A DNA stretch of 52,916 nucleotides, from NCBI GenBank assembly GCA_947588855.1, contig CANQBN010000001.1, forward strand, positions 1-52,916. The letters are read 5' to 3'. The DNA comes from an uncultured Lachnospiraceae bacterium. Lineage in GTDB: Bacteria; Bacillota; Clostridia; Lachnospirales; Lachnospiraceae. The notes beneath the pieces were generated by a model that did no database searches, was not told the origin of the DNA, and saw only the letters and a list, made by a program, of their open reading frames with translations. A program made the translations under genes and the position numbers. Numbering within the stretch: the stretch's first letter is position 1; every line of letters starts with the position of its first letter. Of this stretch, positions 48,922 to 52,916 are shown piece by piece.

Positions 48922-49896
48922 CTATTTCTTTCTTGCCTCCACCGCTTTCATTCCGAACATACGGCTGATCAGCCACCGCGCGTCCGGCCAGAGTACCGTC
49001 AGATAATCCATCATATGATAGGCAAACATGTAAAGCCTGCGCCCTTCTTCCTTCGGAGTTCCCGCCCAGGGTGTCAGCTCCAGATAATGCTCATAGGCCT
49101 TCCGGTAATGGTTCATATTCCCCGCAATCCACGGCCGCTCATCACCTGCGTAGTGAATAATCACCGGGTGTCTTTTCGCTTCAATAAACTCTTCCTCTTT
49201 CACAGCCCGATACGTTGGAACACGATCAGCCAGATTCCGATAACCAAAATACCGATAATTGGGGAAAAAATTATATTTGGGCGGAAGCGGACAAATCTCA
49301 CCCTTCAGCGCTCCGTTCAGAGTATCCTGGTCACAGGCAAACAGGCTTCCGCCCATCGTCCTGTAAAAGTCCAGAAGCCGTTTCTCCACACCAGCCGCTC
49401 TCCATCGCTTCAGATCGATCAGCAGCACTCCGGAATTCACGTAAAAGTCATTCTCCGACAATCCAATCTGCTTCTTTACCGCTTCGTAGATGGTTGGCTC
49501 CATGACAGCCCCTATAACGCACCCTCTCAGATCCATCCTCCAAAGTTCCATAAGGGACTGAGCCACAATGGTGTCGCAGTCCAGATACAGAACCCGTTCC
49601 ACGGAAGCCGGCAGAAGCCGTCCCACAAACAGACGCCCCATGGCACTGACGTCAAATCCCCGGGTATCGATCTCATAATTGAACTGCTTTTTCACATCTT
49701 TCAGTTCCAGAAAATATATCTCCCGGCCATATTCTTTTCCTATGGATTCCAGTTTCTCTCTGCTTTCCTCACGGATTCCCATGGAGATAATATATATCGT
49801 AATCTCCTTCGCTCTCCGGTTGCGGTCAAAAAGAGAAAGCATGGACGCCGCCAGATGTCTGGCATAACCGTCATTTGACGCATAGACGATATTCAT
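48922..49896 (-). CDS. GT8 glycosyltransferase
   Basis: RVLYLDCD, YVNSGVLLIDL, DQDTLN, IIHYAG..RPW. Confidence 0.92.
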   Translation of the reverse strand: MNIVYASNDGYARHLAASMLSLFDRNRRAKEITIYIISMGIREESREKLESIGKEYGREIYFLELKDVKKQFNYEIDTRGFDVSAMGRLFVGRLLPASVERVLYLDCDTIVAQSLMELWRMDLRGCVIGAVMEPTIYEAVKKQIGLSENDFYVNSGVLLIDLKRWRAAGVEKRLLDFYRTMGGSLFACDQDTLNGALKGEICPLPPKYNFFPNYRYFGYRNLADRVPTYRAVKEEEFIEAKRHPVIIHYAGDERPWIAGNMNHYRKAYEHYLELTPWAGTPKEEGRRLYMFAYHMMDYLTVLWPDARWLISRMFGMKAVEARKK

Positions 49897-49968
49897 GAGA
49901 AACCCCACCATTCATCGTTAAGTAAAATTAAACCGTCTTGTAAGCCCGGAATAGCCTCGGAAAAGGTC

Positions 49969-50775
49969 TCAGTCCTTCAGGGCTGTGATCGGAATGACAA
50001 ACACACCGTCCGGCCGCCGGTAGGCCGCCTTCGCCATACCGCAGATCACTCCCAATACTGCCGGCGGATTCCCTTTCGGATCTTCCTCAAATTCCTTCTT
50101 TAATTTTACAAGACTTTCCGCCGCGGTGTCAATCTGATTCGCTCCCAATTTAATCTCAAAGGCGCACCACCGCCCGTCTGTCAGCTCGATCACCGCGTCG
50201 ATCTCCCGCCCCTGATAGTCCTGATAATGATAGAGGGCACCGCCGAAAGACTCCGCGTATATCTTCAAATCCCGCTCGCACAGCGCTTCAAACAAAAACC
50301 CCAGGGTTTTCAGATCTCCCAGAAGTCCCTGGGGAGATACCTTCAAAAGGGCGCAGGCCAGAGACGGATCCGCAAAATGCCGCTTCACAGCCTGCTTCAC
50401 CCTGACAGAGGAGCGGACACCGGTAGAAAAGGGAAGCTGATTATCCGTAAGGAACAGCCGTTCAAAAATGTCCAGATACTCCTTCACCGTCTCCACATCG
50501 ATATCCTCGTCATCAATCTCAGAGATGTCATTCTTCAGCCTCTTATTGGTGGCCGTGGTACTCTCATTCCTGGCCAGAGACCGAAGCAGCAAACGCATCT
50601 TCACGGTATTGCGCTTAATTCCGTCCATGCGGTACACATCATCATCGATAACCGCGTTCAGATATTCCTCCGGCAGAAACGCCGCCTGATCCGCCGGCAT
50701 CCCGATGCTTCCAGGCCAGCCGCCCCGGATGATCAGCGCAATCAGCTTCTTCAGAAAATCCGCCCCTGTTCCTCC
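49969..50775 (-). pseudogene. N-terminally truncated AAA_14/DUF4143-type ATP-binding protein
   Basis: C-terminal half only (KRHFADPSLA, GFLFE, EIDAVIE, EIK). The frame continues upstream of Met 50700 through IIRGGWP to an in-frame TAA with no Walker A motif. Confidence 0.7.
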
Positions 50776-50808
50776 TTAGTTTGTTTCCTGTTTCAACCTG
50801 CGCAGGTT

Positions 50809-51228
50809 TTAAAACCGATACAGATTCAGTCCGATTTCTTCGTTGAATTTTCTCCCCACAGCGCCGTCTATGATACGGATTACAATCTCAGCCGTGGCGC
50901 TTACCACCGCCCGGTTCAGATGGCCGCCCACAACATTTCCCTGCCTGTCCCCAGCGCTCATATGAACATGAAGATAAGGCTGTCCGTCCTTCCTGGTAAG
51001 GGTCCCCACAAGGGATGTAATCTCGTAAAGCCCTGAAAAATCGTTGGAATAATATTTCTTTTCTGCCGTGTCAAATACGCCTGTAGTAAACTCTTTTATG
51101 GCTCCCAGACCGCTGATCTCCGCGAGGGCAATCTTCTCCGCCTCCGCCACCGCAAGCAGCTTTTCGCAGATTTCCTCATCCGGATCCACTCTCAGTATGA
51201 TCGTATCGTGAAAACGCCGGTATTCCAT
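50809..51228 (-). CDS. PPC/DUF296 domain protein
   Basis: [25 protein letters not shown]. Confidence 0.9.
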   Translation of the reverse strand: MEYRRFHDTIILRVDPDEEICEKLLAVAEAEKIALAEISGLGAIKEFTTGVFDTAEKKYYSNDFSGLYEITSLVGTLTRKDGQPYLHVHMSAGDRQGNVVGGHLNRAVVSATAEIVIRIIDGAVGRKFNEEIGLNLYRF

Positions 51229-51284
51229 ATAATCTCTCCTTTCGCAGTGCAGGCAGGACATCTCTCGGCCCTGCCGGATCCCGT

Positions 51285-52505
51285 TCAGTTATTCCTCTCC
51301 ATATACTCCATCATGGCCTTCGCGGCCCTCTTAGCCTCAGCCACCGCGTGTACCACAGTTTTGGGACCGTGCACCACATCCCCGGCGGCAAAGACCCCCG
51401 GAATCGTTGTCATGCAGTTCTCATCTACGACCAGAAGCCCCTTATCCGTTCCTTCCAGCCCATGAGTGGTATTGATCAGCTTGTCCTTCGGTCCCTGGCT
51501 GATGCAGATAATGGTAGAATCGGCATGAACCAGTTCCCGGTCCTCCTCATAGCCGATAATTTTGCCATTCTCGTCCAGAACAGACTTCTTGAACACCGGT
51601 CCCTCCGGAGTAATCGACTCAATCTCCCTGGCATACATGAACTCCGCGCCATCCAGCATGGCGTAGGACATCTCATGGGAACTGGCTGTCGCCTTCTTTC
51701 CTCTGGCAAACAGCATCACTCTCCTGGCTCCATGGCGGAAGGCCGTCCGGGCCACATCCATCGCCACATTGCCCATACCGATGATCGCCACCGTCTCACC
51801 CAGATTGTAAGCGGATGGCGTTGCCAGATAATCAATCCCAAAATGAACATTGCCCAGGCTCTCGCCCTGAACTCCTACTGTCTTGGGCCGCCATACGCCG
51901 GTCCCCACGAATACACTGGCGTAGCCGTCCCGAATCAGGTCGCCGATCTTCAAAGCGCCGCCGATAGTGGTGTTTGGGCGGATCACGATGCCGATCTCCT
52001 GCATTTTCTTCTTATACCGGGTCAGAACGCTCTTGGGAAGCCGGAATTCAGGGATTCCGTACTGCATCACTCCGCCGATTTTGTCCCTGGACTCAAAAAC
52101 CGTCACATCATACCCCTGCTCTCCCAGCACGATTGCCACAGTCATGCCTGCAGGACCGCTTCCGATCACCGCCACCCGCTTATTTTTCTTCACAATCGGC
52201 GGACAGGTCATACGGTCCAGATACGCGTCGGAAATATAGCTTTCAATACTGGAAAAATGAACCGGCGTTCCCTTCCTGCCCAGCACGCAGTTACCCGCAC
52301 ACTGCATCTCATGATTGCACACAGTAGCGCAGATTACCGACATGGGATTGTTGGCAAACAACTCCCGTCCCGCCTCCATCATCCGATTCTCCTTAAATAA
52401 CTGAATGATGTGGGGAATCGGCGTCGATACCGGGCAGCCCTGCTGGCACATGGGTTTTTTGCAGTTTAAGCAGCGGTTCGCCTCATCAATAATATGTAAC
52501 GCCAT
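51285..52505 (-). CDS. NAD(P)-dependent Fe-S flavoprotein oxidoreductase, GltD/NfnB family
   Basis: [43 protein letters not shown]. Confidence 0.9.
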   Translation of the reverse strand: MALHIIDEANRCLNCKKPMCQQGCPVSTPIPHIIQLFKENRMMEAGRELFANNPMSVICATVCNHEMQCAGNCVLGRKGTPVHFSSIESYISDAYLDRMTCPPIVKKNKRVAVIGSGPAGMTVAIVLGEQGYDVTVFESRDKIGGVMQYGIPEFRLPKSVLTRYKKKMQEIGIVIRPNTTIGGALKIGDLIRDGYASVFVGTGVWRPKTVGVQGESLGNVHFGIDYLATPSAYNLGETVAIIGMGNVAMDVARTAFRHGARRVMLFARGKKATASSHEMSYAMLDGAEFMYAREIESITPEGPVFKKSVLDENGKIIGYEEDRELVHADSTIICISQGPKDKLINTTHGLEGTDKGLLVVDENCMTTIPGVFAAGDVVHGPKTVVHAVAEAKRAAKAMMEYMERNN

Positions 52506-52535
52506 AAATAACCTACCTCTTTTCTACATTAGTCT

Positions 52536-52916
52536 TTACCATAACACGCTCACCTCCAGATTCCCGCGGTCTTTCAATCTGGCCGCCTGAACCGGCATCT
52601 GAATCATCTCAGCCGGAAGAGCTTTTCTCATCTTCTTCTCAGCCACTATATTCCCGTTCTGTGACAGCCGGATCACACAGTTTCTCAGCGGCCTTCTCAC
52701 ACGCAGGGAAATCTTAAAATCATTTCTTCCGCTGATTCGCTGCGGAACGGTATGGGTCACATTGCCGTCGGTAACCACTTCAAGTTCACATTGAAGAAGG
52801 CTTCCGTCTTTCAGATACTGATACGCAGAGTCGGCCAGCTCTTCCGCTTCCATGGACACAAAATCAACCAGATCATGAACCTGGAGGACATTTCCCGCCG
52901 CAAAGATTCCGGGAAC
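52536..52916 (-). CDS. C-terminal part of an FAD/NAD(P)-dependent pyridine nucleotide-disulphide oxidoreductase (runs off the window edge)
   Basis: The frame is open to the window end and reads VPGIFAAGNVLQVHDLVDFVSMEAE..., ending LPAEM. Confidence 0.82.
   Translation of the reverse strand, partial: VPGIFAAGNVLQVHDLVDFVSMEAEELADSAYQYLKDGSLLQCELEVVTDGNVTHTVPQRISGRNDFKISLRVRRPLRNCVIRLSQNGNIVAEKKMRKALPAEMIQMPVQAARLKDRGNLEVSVLW

Noticed and set aside
1-52916. CRISPR arrays, tRNA/rRNA genes, IS elements, invertible promoters
   Set aside because: None seen on manual reading. Intergenic gaps are short and lack regularly spaced repeats. Short or diverged RNAs could have been missed without a covariance-model search.

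Overview
Chromosomal segment of a Clostridia-type Firmicute. The Lachnospiraceae-like assignment is inferred from gene content and protein style. Most genes are on the minus strand. I saw no rRNA, tRNA, CRISPR array, integrase or transposase. Four blocks: (1) 1-7.4 kb, stress and housekeeping genes: clpB with a CIRCE operator over its -35 box, an SDR epimerase, rubrerythrin with a PerR/Fur-like box, a subtilase split by a +1 frameshift in a G6 run, and a Mesh1-like HD hydrolase. (2) 7.4-24.2 kb, a 16.6-kb three-gene cell-surface operon: a DUF6273-like protein, a GLUG/cell-wall-binding protein, and a ~4000-aa protein with a putative Cys-Gln thioester tip, ~12 isopeptide (E-box) domains and an INTERNAL sortase-like signal followed in frame by a second signal peptide and a second membrane-anchored module, which looks like a polyprotein. 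(3) 24.3-28.7 kb, a GlgB paralogue lacking the catalytic nucleophile, a DUF3810-like protein, a signal peptidase I with a Zn-ribbon insert, and RidA. (4) 28.7-49.9 kb, a cell-wall glycan locus with a Wzm/Wzt ABC exporter, a methyltransferase-kinase-coiled coil-GT2-GT4 fusion protein, a GacIJKL-like side-chain module, an aminotransferase/ATP-grasp pair and an inverted L,D-transpeptidase, followed by a truncated DUF4143 ATPase and oxidoreductases. A 46-bp hairpin with compensatory base changes occurs twice, 22 kb apart. All family names come from motif recognition by eye, not from database searches.
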